Shown here one piece after another: positions 1-8,390 of a stretch of 24,000 nt of DNA. The position numbers were made by a program, and so were the translations under genes. The notes under the pieces were generated by a model that saw only the letters and a list, made by a program, of their open reading frames with translations, made no database searches and was not told the DNA's origin. This DNA is from Cohaesibacter sp. (lineage in GTDB: Bacteria > Pseudomonadota > Alphaproteobacteria > Rhizobiales > MH13), in contig CP121339.1 of assembly GCA_043513735.1 (NCBI GenBank), positions 1,415,000 through 1,438,999 of the forward strand. The letters run 5' to 3'. Within the stretch, counting starts at the first letter, position 1. Every line of letters begins with the position of its first letter.

Positions 1-1
1 C

Positions 2-1027
2 GGCGTCGATACCGATGCCGGCGCGGCGCTGGTGGACCGGATCAAACCGGCTGTTCGCTCGACGCGGCGCCCGGGCGCCGACGCTGATCTGGGCGGTTTC
101 GGCGGATTGTTTGATCTTGCTGCTTGCGGCTATCGCGATCCCGTTCTGGTGGCCGCCAATGACGGCGTCGGCACCAAGGTGAAGATCGCCATCGAGACTG
201 GCATCCATCACACCGTTGGCATCGATCTGGTGGCGATGTGCGTGAACGATCTGGTTGTTCAGGGCGCTGAGCCGCTGTTTTTTCTTGATTATTTCGCCTC
301 GGGTACTCTGGATGTTGATGTGGCGGCGAACGTGGTTGAGGGCATCGCAGAAGGCTGTAAGCTCGCTGGATGCGCCTTGATCGGCGGCGAAACCGCTGAG
401 ATGCCCTCCCTCTATACGGGCAAGGACTATGATCTGGCTGGCTTTAGCGTCGGGGCGGTGGAGCGCGATGAAATTCTGCCGCGCAAGACCATGGCAGTGG
501 GCGATGTTGTGTTCGGCCTCGCCTCGTCTGGATTCCATTCCAATGGCTATTCGCTGATCCGCAAGATCGTTGCGGATGCCGGTCTGCCGTATGACGCCTC
601 GGCGCCCTTCGATCCTGCGCGTACCCTGGGCGAGGTTCTGCTGACGCCCACCCGAATTTATGTGAAAAGCGTGCTGGCAGCCCAAAAGGCGACAGGTGCC
701 ATCAAAGGTTTGGCGCACATCACCGGTGGCGGGCTGCTAGAAAACATCCCACGCGTTTTGCCTGACGATCTGGCGGTGTCCCTGGATCTTTCCGGGGTAA
801 CCGTCCCACCGGAAATGGCCTGGGCCGCCGACACGGCCAAGCTTTCGGCGCACGACATGCTCGCCACGTTTAACTGCGGCGTCGGCATGGTGGTGATTGT
901 TGCCACCGAGGAAGCTTCCGCCGTTTCAGCGAAACTCTCTGAGATGGGCGAAAGCGTTCTAACCCTCGGCGCGGTAACGTCGCGAACCGGTGAGCCCGTG
1001 ATCATCGAGAAGTCGCTGCCTCTATGA
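2..1027 (+). CDS. purM: Phosphoribosylformylglycinamidine cyclo-ligase (AIR synthetase), 5' end cut by the window edge
   Basis: The frame is open from base 2 ([16 protein letters not shown]...), so the GTG at 32 in the ORF track is internal. PurM hallmarks [14 protein letters not shown] and LAHITGGGL are present. The stop TGA at 1025-1027 overlaps the purN ATG (ATGA), as in a purMN operon. Confidence 0.95.
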   Translation, partial: GVDTDAGAALVDRIKPAVRSTRRPGADADLGGFGGLFDLAACGYRDPVLVAANDGVGTKVKIAIETGIHHTVGIDLVAMCVNDLVVQGAEPLFFLDYFASGTLDVDVAANVVEGIAEGCKLAGCALIGGETAEMPSLYTGKDYDLAGFSVGAVERDEILPRKTMAVGDVVFGLASSGFHSNGYSLIRKIVADAGLPYDASAPFDPARTLGEVLLTPTRIYVKSVLAAQKATGAIKGLAHITGGGLLENIPRVLPDDLAVSLDLSGVTVPPEMAWAADTAKLSAHDMLATFNCGVGMVVIVATEEASAVSAKLSEMGESVLTLGAVTSRTGEPVIIEKSLPL

Positions 1028-1653
1028 AACAGCGCGTCGCAATACTGATTTCCGGGCGCGGCTCCAACATGCAGGCTTTGGTGCAGGCGGCGAACCAGCC
1101 TGACTATCCCGCCGAAGTCGTTCTGGTGGTTGCCAATCGACCTGACGCTGCCGGCCTGGCTTGGGCCGCAGATCAGGGGATCGCAACGGCTGTGGTCGAC
1201 CACAAAGCCTTTAAGAAAGACCGTGAAGCGTTCGAGCGGGCGATTCACGCCGAACTTAAAAAGGCCCACGCGGATGTCGTTTGTCTGGCTGGGTTCATGC
1301 GGCTGCTGACGCCCTGGTTTATTGGCCAATGGCACAACCTTTTGATCAACATCCACCCCTCGCTCCTACCCTGTTTTAAGGGGCTCAATACCCATCAACG
1401 CGCGCTCGATGCAGGGGTGAAACTGCATGGTTGCACAGTGCATTTCGTACGGCCAGACATGGATGCCGGGCCCATCATCGCCCAGAAAGCCGTACCGGTT
1501 CTGGATGATGATGACCCCGACACTTTGGCGGAACGCGTCCTGGCGGCGGAACACGCGCTCTACCCACACGCGCTTGCTGAGGTAGTCCGGGGATTAGAAG
1601 GCAACCTGACCATCAAAGCCGAGCGCGTGATTGGTATCCGTCCTATCGAATAG
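1024..1653 (+). CDS. purN: Phosphoribosylglycinamide formyltransferase
   Basis: 209 aa. It has the N-terminal ILISGRGSN motif, the formyltransferase signature NIHPSLLP, and GCTVHFV...DAGPIIAQ. It is translationally coupled to purM. Confidence 0.95.
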   Translation: MKQRVAILISGRGSNMQALVQAANQPDYPAEVVLVVANRPDAAGLAWAADQGIATAVVDHKAFKKDREAFERAIHAELKKAHADVVCLAGFMRLLTPWFIGQWHNLLINIHPSLLPCFKGLNTHQRALDAGVKLHGCTVHFVRPDMDAGPIIAQKAVPVLDDDDPDTLAERVLAAEHALYPHALAEVVRGLEGNLTIKAERVIGIRPIE

Positions 1654-2695
1654 GAGGATGGGCACGTGGTGGCCGGCGTAATCCAGCCCCTTCCCCACCA
1701 GGACGACTGCGTGGCTGCTGGGCGGAACCAGAGCGCGCGTTCTGTTTGGAGAAGCTGTCATCGGGCGTCCCAGCAAAGCAGCGCGGCACAAACGGAAACT
1801 CGTCGGTGATCACATAGTAATAGGTGCCGTCGGGATATTCCGGCGTGACCCCAACGCGGCCATTGCAGGCATCCAGCGTGCCCGAGCCCGGCACATATTC
1901 CCAATCGGCCGTGAAGGTGCCGTCATAGGCACCGCCCGGGCCGGATGAGCGTGTACCGGGGCGTAGTTGATAGCTGGAATCCATCACCTCTAGGCCAGAT
2001 GAAGGATCATCAGAGTCGGCGTAGCTGAGCGGCCCATAAACCGGGAAACCGTCAGCGGCATAGCCAATCAGCGTCGGTGCGCCAGCGCTTGCCAGCCGGT
2101 CGTAAAGGGCGTCCGGGATGCCATGATAGTGGTAGGCGCCGTTGGGCTGCACATGGGCGTTGCTTGAGTCTAAACCCAGCGAGCGGGTCTGCGGCCCAAA
2201 CGCTTCATAGTTCCAACCTGAGGAGCGATCATTGTTCCAAAATTCAGCCGTTGCTGGGTCAAAAATCACGCCATTAAGCGCTACGCCAAAGACGTAACGG
2301 TCGGCGCTGGTTGGCGAGCTGCTGGTGCTTGGATTGGTAGGCATATCAAAGCGGTAGCTCTGGGTGGAAATGCTGTTTGGATTGTTGGCGTTGGGGAACT
2401 GGCCAGGCGCGTGGTCTGGCAAGCCGTCGGCAACAATAGTGCGCACAGCGCCATTGGATGAGATCGAGATGTTGGCTGCGGCTTCGACTGAACCAAGTAA
2501 CAACTCTTCCAGAAGCTCGTCCAACCAGCTCGTGTCCTCTTCCACCAGCGCTTGGCCGGTGGCGGCAACCTCTTCATCATGGCTGCCATGGGCAAAAACA
2601 TCGCTTGGCAAAGCGGTGGTCGCGAGAAGCACGGCGACCATGGATGCCATACCAAGGCGCTTGAGCAGGTCGGTTTTGGGGTGAGTATCGGTCAT
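1643..2695 (-). CDS. Secreted YHYH-domain protein of unknown function
   Basis: 350 aa. The N-terminus is signal-peptide-like (LGMASMVAVLLATTALPSDVFA/HG) and is followed by a His/acidic stretch (HGSHDEE). The family-defining motif GAYHYHGIP is present. The 3' end overlaps the convergent purN by 11 nt. Confidence 0.75.
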   Translation of the reverse strand: MTDTHPKTDLLKRLGMASMVAVLLATTALPSDVFAHGSHDEEVAATGQALVEEDTSWLDELLEELLLGSVEAAANISISSNGAVRTIVADGLPDHAPGQFPNANNPNSISTQSYRFDMPTNPSTSSSPTSADRYVFGVALNGVIFDPATAEFWNNDRSSGWNYEAFGPQTRSLGLDSSNAHVQPNGAYHYHGIPDALYDRLASAGAPTLIGYAADGFPVYGPLSYADSDDPSSGLEVMDSSYQLRPGTRSSGPGGAYDGTFTADWEYVPGSGTLDACNGRVGVTPEYPDGTYYYVITDEFPFVPRCFAGTPDDSFSKQNARSGSAQQPRSRPGGEGAGLRRPPRAHPPIR

Positions 2696-2957
2696 GGCGT
2701 TCGCCCTTTTTCATCGGTTCGCTCACGAGTTTGTGAGCACACCGTGAAGGTGAGCGAGACGCAGACCTTGCACCAGTTAAGGCTACGTCATGTTCCCAGT
2801 TTGTCCGTTACAAGTGCGTCATGACATTTTGGACAGGTTTGGGTGTGGAGCTGCTTGGGTCGGAGCAAAGAGGGCTGTTAGCAGCTGAAAACTCCCAACC
2901 TGGCCAATGCCGACGTAGGAGCAAAACGACCAACGATGGCTATTGCTGTTTGGACAG

Positions 2958-3482
2958 CTAATGCCCGGTTACATAAGCGTAAGAACTCTGCACGAGCTGA
3001 AAAACCACGTCGAGTTCGGCATCAGTTACGGGCGTATAAATCATGACAAATCCTCCCCATCCTTCTCGCTGACCAGACCAAGGGTGCGACACTGCCCAAC
3101 CTGCTTCAACCGCGGCATCTGCGGTGTCTGGATGCAACGAAGCGTGGAGACTGCCATCAGGGTGCAGATGTGCAAACTCGCGCCCTCCGACAACGGCTTC
3201 TGGATGTGCCAGAGGCAGATCTTCGTCCAAGTGGAAACCGACCGCTCCAGGTAGCGAGATGCGCGTTGGACCAAGGGCGACACCGGGCAATTCCGCAACG
3301 AGGCGCAGCAACTCATCAGAAAGTTCCGGAACCGCATCAACGCCAATTTGGACATGTGGGACGCCGTTCGTGGTGCGTGGAATTGGTGTTTCGCGATCAG
3401 GCAGGCGCATCTCTTGAGCTAAGACCGAGGGCGCAATCGCAACCATCGCAACCAGTGCAAGTGGAAACAGTTGATGGATCAT
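2958..3482 (-). CDS. Secreted luciferase-family / DUF5519-like protein
   Basis: 174 aa. It has a signal peptide (MIHQLFPLALVAMVAIAPSVLA/QE). The blocks VPHVQ, ELPGV, REFAHLHPDGSLHASL, GWAVSHPW and VMIYTP...ELDVVFQLVQSSY match my recollection of the bacterial luciferase-domain (DUF5519) family. This was not checked by search. Confidence 0.6.
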   Translation of the reverse strand: MIHQLFPLALVAMVAIAPSVLAQEMRLPDRETPIPRTTNGVPHVQIGVDAVPELSDELLRLVAELPGVALGPTRISLPGAVGFHLDEDLPLAHPEAVVGGREFAHLHPDGSLHASLHPDTADAAVEAGWAVSHPWSGQREGWGGFVMIYTPVTDAELDVVFQLVQSSYAYVTGH

Positions 3483-3520
3483 GACCTTATGCGCTCCTGT
3501 TTAAGTGTCTATGGGTGGTT

Positions 3521-3529
3521 TGTGGATAA
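3521..3529 (-). promoter_or_regulatory. Perfect DnaA-box 9-mer (TTATCCACA on the minus strand)
   Basis: The + strand reads TGTGGATAA at 3521-3529, 39-47 nt upstream of the start codon at 3482 and directly after the GC hairpin at 3534-3556. Only the sequence match is seen; function is unproven. Confidence 0.3.
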
Positions 3530-3533
3530 GGCT

Positions 3534-3556
3534 GGAGAGGCGCGACGCGCCCCTCC
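3534..3556 (-). terminator. GC-rich hairpin downstream of the NTF2-like gene (possible terminator or attenuator, no U-tract)
   Basis: GGAGAGGCGCGACGCGCCCCTCC is a 23-nt near-perfect palindrome (9 bp plus 1 mismatch, 3-nt loop) starting 37 nt after the stop at 3593. No T-run follows it on either strand. Confidence 0.35.
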
Positions 3557-3592
3557 TGTGCTCGTTGCAATGCAAGATACTTGCCGCAGCGA

Positions 3593-4153
3593 TTACTCAG
3601 CTGGGGGCAAAACGCTGTGACCAACAGTCGACAGGTCTTCTTCTGTGATCCTCCAGCCTTCATCGGTATCAACCAATGTTCCTGTCCAATGAATGAAGTG
3701 CGTTTCAGGGCCTTGGTGTTCGCTGAAGTGCGTGGCCGTGATCATCCCGGATACGGTGGCATTTTGCGGCCCATCAAACGTCACGCGCAGAGTGTCCAGT
3801 TGGTGATGTGTTGACGTAAAACCGGCCATTTGAAAGCCCATTTGCGCGAGGGCTCCGCGCATGGCTGCACCGCGCAAATCCGGCTGACTGGCAAGAAATG
3901 CACAGTCTTCTCCAGGGCAAACAATCGAGGCGCTGACGAAGTTTAGGCGTGAGATGAGGTCTTCGCCCCAACACGCGCTCCAGATCGCCATGCCCTCTTC
4001 AACCTCGCCAACGCTGATCATGTCGATCCCGTGCGGGAAACACGCCACATGGTTCACGACCTCTGCATAGGTATCGGCGTAGCCTTCAAAGGGCGCGTCG
4101 GCCAAGGCGGGCTGGGCTGCAAAAAAGGCAAGCAGTGCCAAAAGCTTTCTCAT
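3593..4153 (-). CDS. Secreted NTF2/SnoaL-like fold protein
   Basis: 186 aa. It has a clear signal peptide (MRKLLALLAFFAAQPALA/DA). Size and sequence pattern fit the nuclear-transport-factor-2/SnoaL-like superfamily. Five Cys residues fit a periplasmic disulfide-bonded protein. It is divergent from the TetR gene. Confidence 0.55.
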   Translation of the reverse strand: MRKLLALLAFFAAQPALADAPFEGYADTYAEVVNHVACFPHGIDMISVGEVEEGMAIWSACWGEDLISRLNFVSASIVCPGEDCAFLASQPDLRGAAMRGALAQMGFQMAGFTSTHHQLDTLRVTFDGPQNATVSGMITATHFSEHQGPETHFIHWTGTLVDTDEGWRITEEDLSTVGHSVLPPAE

Positions 4154-4225
4154 TTGATAGTCCTTCTTCGGTAGAAATTGGATGAGCGAAATTGAGTCCT
4201 AGCTCGCCACCAAAATCACTAATAG

Positions 4226-4258
4226 TACAAATTGTATCGTAACGCAACAAACTGTATC
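4226..4258. promoter_or_regulatory. Candidate TetR operator pair in the divergent promoter region
   Basis: TACAA-A-TTGTA is a palindrome at 4226-4236. The 12-mer ACAAATTGTATC (4227-4238) recurs as ACAAACTGTATC (4247-4258), matching 11 of 12 bases and offset by 20 bp. Both lie between the divergent NTF2-like gene (start 4153) and the tetR ATG (4268). Confidence 0.45.
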
Positions 4259-4267
4259 ATAGATGCT

Positions 4268-4855
4268 ATGAGAAGCAACGAAGACCCTCGATTGACCGCG
4301 ACGCGTGTGGCCGCATTGGATGCCGCTCTAAGCATTCTGAAAGAAGATGGGGTCCTGGCTGTGTCGCACGCGGCAATAAGTGCCCGAACCGGCATTTCGC
4401 GCAGCACGCTCTATCGGCATTGGCCCAAGCTTGATGCGCTGCAGAACGCGGCGTTTGCCCACGCTGCGACTGGGCCAACCAGTGTGCCTCGCACAGATGG
4501 CCCGCTGAAGGCCGACCTAACTTGGATGATCGGACGGCTCATGATGGCGTTAAACGAAACACCGTGGGGCAAGATTGCTCCACAGGTGATTGCTGCGGCC
4601 GCTACGGATGACCAAACCCGTACTTTAATAAGCAAGTGGATTGAGGATCGGAGCGCAAACGTTGAAGCAGTTTTCGCTGCCGCCAAAGTCCGTGGCGAAC
4701 TCAAAAAGGACGCGCCGATCCAGCAATTGGTAGAGATGGCGATCGCGATCCCTTATTTCAGAAAGCTGATTGCCGGATTGCAGCTCGATCAAAACTGGCT
4801 GGATGCACATGTTGATATGATTTGCATCCTCGCAACGGAACAGTCAGACGATTGA
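4268..4855 (+). CDS. TetR/AcrR family transcriptional regulator
   Basis: It has an N-terminal HTH (AVSHAAISARTGISRSTLYRHWPKLDAL) and a helical C-terminal ligand domain. I prefer the ATG at 4268 (MRSNEDPRL) over the in-frame TTG at 4232 in the ORF track, because 4232 lies inside the operator-like repeats. Confidence 0.85.
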   Translation: MRSNEDPRLTATRVAALDAALSILKEDGVLAVSHAAISARTGISRSTLYRHWPKLDALQNAAFAHAATGPTSVPRTDGPLKADLTWMIGRLMMALNETPWGKIAPQVIAAAATDDQTRTLISKWIEDRSANVEAVFAAAKVRGELKKDAPIQQLVEMAIAIPYFRKLIAGLQLDQNWLDAHVDMICILATEQSDD

Positions 4856-4996
4856 GCGCCAATGAAAATTGTTTGCCCAGCCATATCGAGCCATGGAAGT
4901 CCTTACGGAACTCCATCTAGTGCATTTGCCATGAAGCTCTGAACCAACAGGCGCCTTCATCCGCACTGCATCCATTCAACAAACTCTCAAGCCAAC

Positions 4997-5032
4997 AAAA
5001 AAGGCGGCCACCGGATAGGTAAAACCGCCCTT
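4997..5032 (-). terminator. Probable intrinsic terminator of ndk
   Basis: The minus strand reads AAAGGGCGG-(17 nt)-CCGCC followed by TTTTTTG. The GGCGG/CCGCC stem lies at 5025-5029/5003-5007 and the T6 run at 4997-5002. It starts about 25 nt after the ndk stop. Confidence 0.6.
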
Positions 5033-5055
5033 TAAACTGTTCGTATCGCTGGGTT

Positions 5056-5478
5056 TTAGCCGACGATTTCCAGCTCAGAGAACCAGTAGGCAATCTCTTC
5101 AGCGGCAGTTTCAGCAGCGTCCGAACCGTGAACCGAATTCTCACCGATCGACTCGGCGAACTCTTTGCGGATGGTGCCTTCTTCGGCTTCTGCTGGATTG
5201 GTGGCGCCCATTACTTCGCGGTTGCGGGCAATGGCGTTTTCGCCTTCCAAAACCTGTACGACGGTCGGTGCGGACGACATGAAATCGACCAGCTCGTCAA
5301 AGAAGGGGCGCTCGCGGTGCACAGCATAAAAGCCTTCGGCGTCCTTACGGCTCATCCACACGCGCTTGCTGGCAACGACGTGCAAGCCGGCGGCTTCAAG
5401 TTTGGCGGTGATCTGACCGGTCAGATTGCGGCGCGTCGCATCCGGCTTGATCATGGAAAATGTGCGTTCGATGGCCAT
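5056..5478 (-). CDS. ndk: Nucleoside diphosphate kinase
   Basis: 140 aa. [14 protein letters not shown], the active-site NSVHGSD motif and the typical length are all present. Confidence 0.97.
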   Translation of the reverse strand: MAIERTFSMIKPDATRRNLTGQITAKLEAAGLHVVASKRVWMSRKDAEGFYAVHRERPFFDELVDFMSSAPTVVQVLEGENAIARNREVMGATNPAEAEEGTIRKEFAESIGENSVHGSDAAETAAEEIAYWFSELEIVG

Positions 5479-5521
5479 TGCGGCGATCCTATCGTTGAAT
5501 GGGGAAACAGAATGGGAGGCG

Positions 5522-5552
5522 GGCGCGTCAGCGAATGTGCTGCGCGCCCGGT
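5522..5552 (-). terminator. Possible terminator hairpin after the GST-like gene
   Basis: CGGGCGCG (5522-5529) and CGCGCCCG (5545-5552) form an 8-bp GC stem with a 15-nt loop, 33 nt downstream of the stop at 5585. The following minus-strand sequence is only weakly T-rich (CCTCCCATTCTGTTTCC). Confidence 0.35.
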
Positions 5553-5584
5553 GAGGCGCGATATAGACCGGGGTCGCCGCCGCT

Positions 5585-6271
5585 TCAAGCTGCGAGTTTC
5601 AGCGCCCCTGATTGATTGCAGGTGTCGAGCACCCGATCGAACCAGTCTTGCAGCACATCATCGCTGTTCATCGTGTCGTAGGATGACGTTGCTTTAGCCC
5701 AGCAGAACGACGCTGCCAGAGCGATGTCGGCATAGAGCAGACGCTCGCCGCCGAGGAACGGCGATTCCGCCAAGCGACGGCGATAGGGCTTCATGAAGGT
5801 TGCAAACTTCTGCCGCTCTTTGTCCCGGCCGCGCTGCACGTCCTCCAAGGACATGCCGAAGCGTTGTTCGCGGCTTTGGCGAAAATAGGCAGCGTCTTCA
5901 GGTGCCAACTGATTGTGAATGTCGAGAATGATCATGCGGCTGATCGTTGGATAGAGCCCGGTGACGATTAGATTATCGATCAGCGCGGCATTTTCCTTGC
6001 CGCCATCGCCGCCAAAAACGGACGGGGTGTCTGGATAGGCGCCCTCCAGATAGGCACAAATGGCAAAGCTTTCGGTGACTGTGGTCTCATCATCCATCAG
6101 GACAGGCACGGTCTTGTGGATGCCGTCCAGCACTTTGGGAATTTGTGTGAAAGGGGTTGGCCGGTTTTCAAAGTCCAGACCTTTGAAACCAAGTGTCAGT
6201 CGTGCTCGCCAGGAGTAGGCTGAAAACAGCCGGTCCGGCTCGGCGCCACAAAGCTCATAAAGTATCCGCAT
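5585..6271 (-). CDS. Glutathione S-transferase family protein
   Basis: It has a thioredoxin-like N-domain pattern (ILYEL...S.YSWRARL...KTVPVLMDD...[11 protein letters not shown]) and a helical C-domain. I prefer the ATG at 6271 (MRILYEL), which is preceded by GAGGGA, over the ATG at 6283, which lacks an SD. Confidence 0.7.
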   Translation of the reverse strand: MRILYELCGAEPDRLFSAYSWRARLTLGFKGLDFENRPTPFTQIPKVLDGIHKTVPVLMDDETTVTESFAICAYLEGAYPDTPSVFGGDGGKENAALIDNLIVTGLYPTISRMIILDIHNQLAPEDAAYFRQSREQRFGMSLEDVQRGRDKERQKFATFMKPYRRRLAESPFLGGERLLYADIALAASFCWAKATSSYDTMNSDDVLQDWFDRVLDTCNQSGALKLAA

Positions 6272-6346
6272 CGCATCCCTCATTTGTGCGCGTGTGTGGT
6301 CGATATGCCGCTAGACCAGCGCACGGCGCAATGCTAGCCCGGCGCT

Positions 6347-8254
6347 ATGCTAGAAATTTCCAATCTCACCTACCGGCTGGGCGACCGGCTTTTGTTCGAT
6401 GACGCGTCCGCAACCATTCAGCGCGGCTCGAAGGTCGGCTTTGTCGGGCGCAACGGGTCGGGCAAGACAACGCTGTTTAAGCTGATCCGCGGTGAAATCG
6501 CGCCGGAAAGCGGTGAAATTCGCCTGCCATCGCGCATGCGCCTTGGGGGCGTTGATCAGGAAGTGCCCGCCGGACCTCAAGCGTTGCTTGAAATTGTTCT
6601 GGCTGCCGACACCGAGCGCGCCTCACTGTTGGCTGAGGCTGAAACCGCGACCGATCCGACCCGGATCAGCGATATTCAATTGCGGCTTGCCGACATCGAC
6701 GCGCATTCGGCCGAAGCACGTGCCGCCCGTATCTTGCAGGGTCTCGGCTTCGATCACGAAGCGCAGCAGCGTCCGGCCTCGGATTTTTCCGGCGGTTGGC
6801 GCATGCGCGTCGCCCTGGCGGCGGTGCTTTTTTCGGCGCCTGACCTCTTGTTGCTTGATGAGCCGACCAACTATCTCGATCTGGAGGGCGCACTGTGGCT
6901 GGAAAGCTATCTGGCGCGCTATCCGCACACGTTAATGGTGATCTCGCATGACCGCGATCTGCTCAACAGCGCGGTCAGCCAAACCTTACACCTCGATCAG
7001 CGGCGGTTGCAGCATTATGGCGGCCCGTTCGACACCTTCGACAAGCAGCGCCGTATTCAGCTGGCCGTTGAAGAAAAAGCGCAAGCCAAACAGGCGGCAC
7101 GGCGCGCCCATATGCAATCGTTTGTGGATCGTTTTCGCGCCAAGGCCACCAAGGCGAAACAGGCACAATCACGGCTAAAAATGCTGGAAAAGATGGAACC
7201 GATGGCCTTGCGTATAGAAGAGCGGGTAGCGCCGTTTCATTTCAAAGGACCGGAAAAACCTAAATCGCCACCGCTGATCAATGGGCGCGATCTGGCGGTT
7301 GGTTATGAACCGAACAAGGCCATTCTCTCGCGGATGACATTCCGCATCGATCCCGATGATCGCATTGCGTTGCTTGGCCAAAACGGCAACGGCAAATCGA
7401 CCTTTGCCAAGATGATTGCCGGACGGCTGACCCGTCAGGCGGGAGACTTGACGTTTCCCGGCAAGATGAAGGTCGCATTCTTCACGCAGCACCAACTGGA
7501 TGATCTGAACCCCAAGGAATCGCCGGTTGATGCGGTACGCAAGCGTATGCCGGAGGCCGGTGAGGCCAAAACTCGTGGCCGCGCGGCCCAAATGGGGTTC
7601 GACCGGCTGCGTATGGACACGCCCGCCGGACAGCTTTCCGGCGGCGAGCGGGCAAGGCTGCTGCTCGGGCTCATCACCTTTGATGGCTCGGATATTTTGA
7701 TCCTCGATGAGCCGACCAACCACCTCGACATGGAAAGCCGGGAGGCGTTGGTTGAGGCGCTGTCGGACTATGATGGCGCGGTGATTATCATCAGCCATGA
7801 TCGCCATCTCATCGAAGCAACCGCCGACCGGCTTTGGGTGGTGGGCGACGGAACGGTCAAGCCCTATGAGGATGATCTGTCAGCCTATCGAACAGCGATC
7901 CTGCGCGGCGTCGATGGTGGCAAACAGAAGTCCAGCAAGGCGGCCAAGGCGAAGAAAGGCGAGTCAAAGGCGGAAGCTGCAGCGCCCAAACCAGCCGCCA
8001 AGCCTGCACGGCCTGGCAACGTGTCACTTTTGAAAAAGCAGGTGGCCGACGCGGAATCGCGACTGACGACCATTCGCGCAGAACTGGCGAAGATCGACAA
8101 AGATCTGGCCAACCCCAAGCTTTATGCGATGAACCCGCAAAAAGGCGCCAAGCTCGCCGCCCGGCGCGCCAAAGGCGCGCAAGCGCTCGATAGCTGGGAA
8201 GCTCGATGGCTTGACCTCAATGCTGCGCTCGAAGAGGCCGGCGAGCGAGTATAG
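6347..8254 (+). CDS. ABC-F family ATPase (tandem ABC domains, no transmembrane domain; Uup/YheS-like translation-factor type)
   Basis: 635 aa. There are two Walker A motifs (GRNGSGKTT, GQNGNGKST), two ABC signatures (FSGGWRMRVALA, LSGGERARLLL) and two Walker B motifs (LLLLDEPTN, ILILDEPTN). A basic inter-domain linker (KATKAKQAQSRLKMLEKM) is present. A Lys/Ala-rich spacer precedes a C-terminal coiled-coil tail. Confidence 0.9.
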   Translation: MLEISNLTYRLGDRLLFDDASATIQRGSKVGFVGRNGSGKTTLFKLIRGEIAPESGEIRLPSRMRLGGVDQEVPAGPQALLEIVLAADTERASLLAEAETATDPTRISDIQLRLADIDAHSAEARAARILQGLGFDHEAQQRPASDFSGGWRMRVALAAVLFSAPDLLLLDEPTNYLDLEGALWLESYLARYPHTLMVISHDRDLLNSAVSQTLHLDQRRLQHYGGPFDTFDKQRRIQLAVEEKAQAKQAARRAHMQSFVDRFRAKATKAKQAQSRLKMLEKMEPMALRIEERVAPFHFKGPEKPKSPPLINGRDLAVGYEPNKAILSRMTFRIDPDDRIALLGQNGNGKSTFAKMIAGRLTRQAGDLTFPGKMKVAFFTQHQLDDLNPKESPVDAVRKRMPEAGEAKTRGRAAQMGFDRLRMDTPAGQLSGGERARLLLGLITFDGSDILILDEPTNHLDMESREALVEALSDYDGAVIIISHDRHLIEATADRLWVVGDGTVKPYEDDLSAYRTAILRGVDGGKQKSSKAAKAKKGESKAEAAAPKPAAKPARPGNVSLLKKQVADAESRLTTIRAELAKIDKDLANPKLYAMNPQKGAKLAARRAKGAQALDSWEARWLDLNAALEEAGERV

Positions 8255-8268
8255 CAAATCATTTGACC

Positions 8269-8378
8269 TTCGTTCCGTTCCGACAGAACGACCGCTGGTC
8301 TTCCATGGCTCTGTTCCTACGGAACGACCGCCCAATAGATTCCCCGGACTTTCGCTCCGTTCCTACGGAACGACCGCT
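8269..8378. repeat. Three-copy intergenic repeat with a GTTCC-N3-GGAAC hairpin core followed by CGACCGC
   Basis: The cores are GTTCCGACAGAACGACCGC (8277-8295), GTTCCTACGGAACGACCGC (8313-8331) and GTTCCTACGGAACGACCGC (8359-8377). Copies 1 and 3 extend to about 28 nt (TTCGyTCCGTTCCkACrGAACGACCGCT). The array lies between the convergent stops at 8254 and 8391. Confidence 0.8.
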
Positions 8379-8390
8379 CGGCCCGTTTGA

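Noticed and set aside
4862-4942. 26-codon ORF (MKIVCPAISSHGSPYGTPSSAFAMKL) downstream of tetR
   Set aside because: It has no Shine-Dalgarno sequence and it overlaps the hairpin at 4893-4916. There is no supporting evidence that it is translated.
8313-8377. GGAAC motifs as -35 elements of ECF/EcfG-type promoters (GGAAC-N16-17-CGTT)
   Set aside because: I checked both strands and found no CGTT at the required 16-17 nt spacing. The sites lie downstream of both flanking genes, where no promoter is expected.
8269-8378. Possibility that the three repeats form a mini CRISPR array
   Set aside because: There are only three copies, the cores are about 19 nt, and the spacers are irregular and very short (17 and 27 nt). 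The repeat flanks are partly conserved and there are no cas genes. The region fits REP-like or terminator hairpins better.
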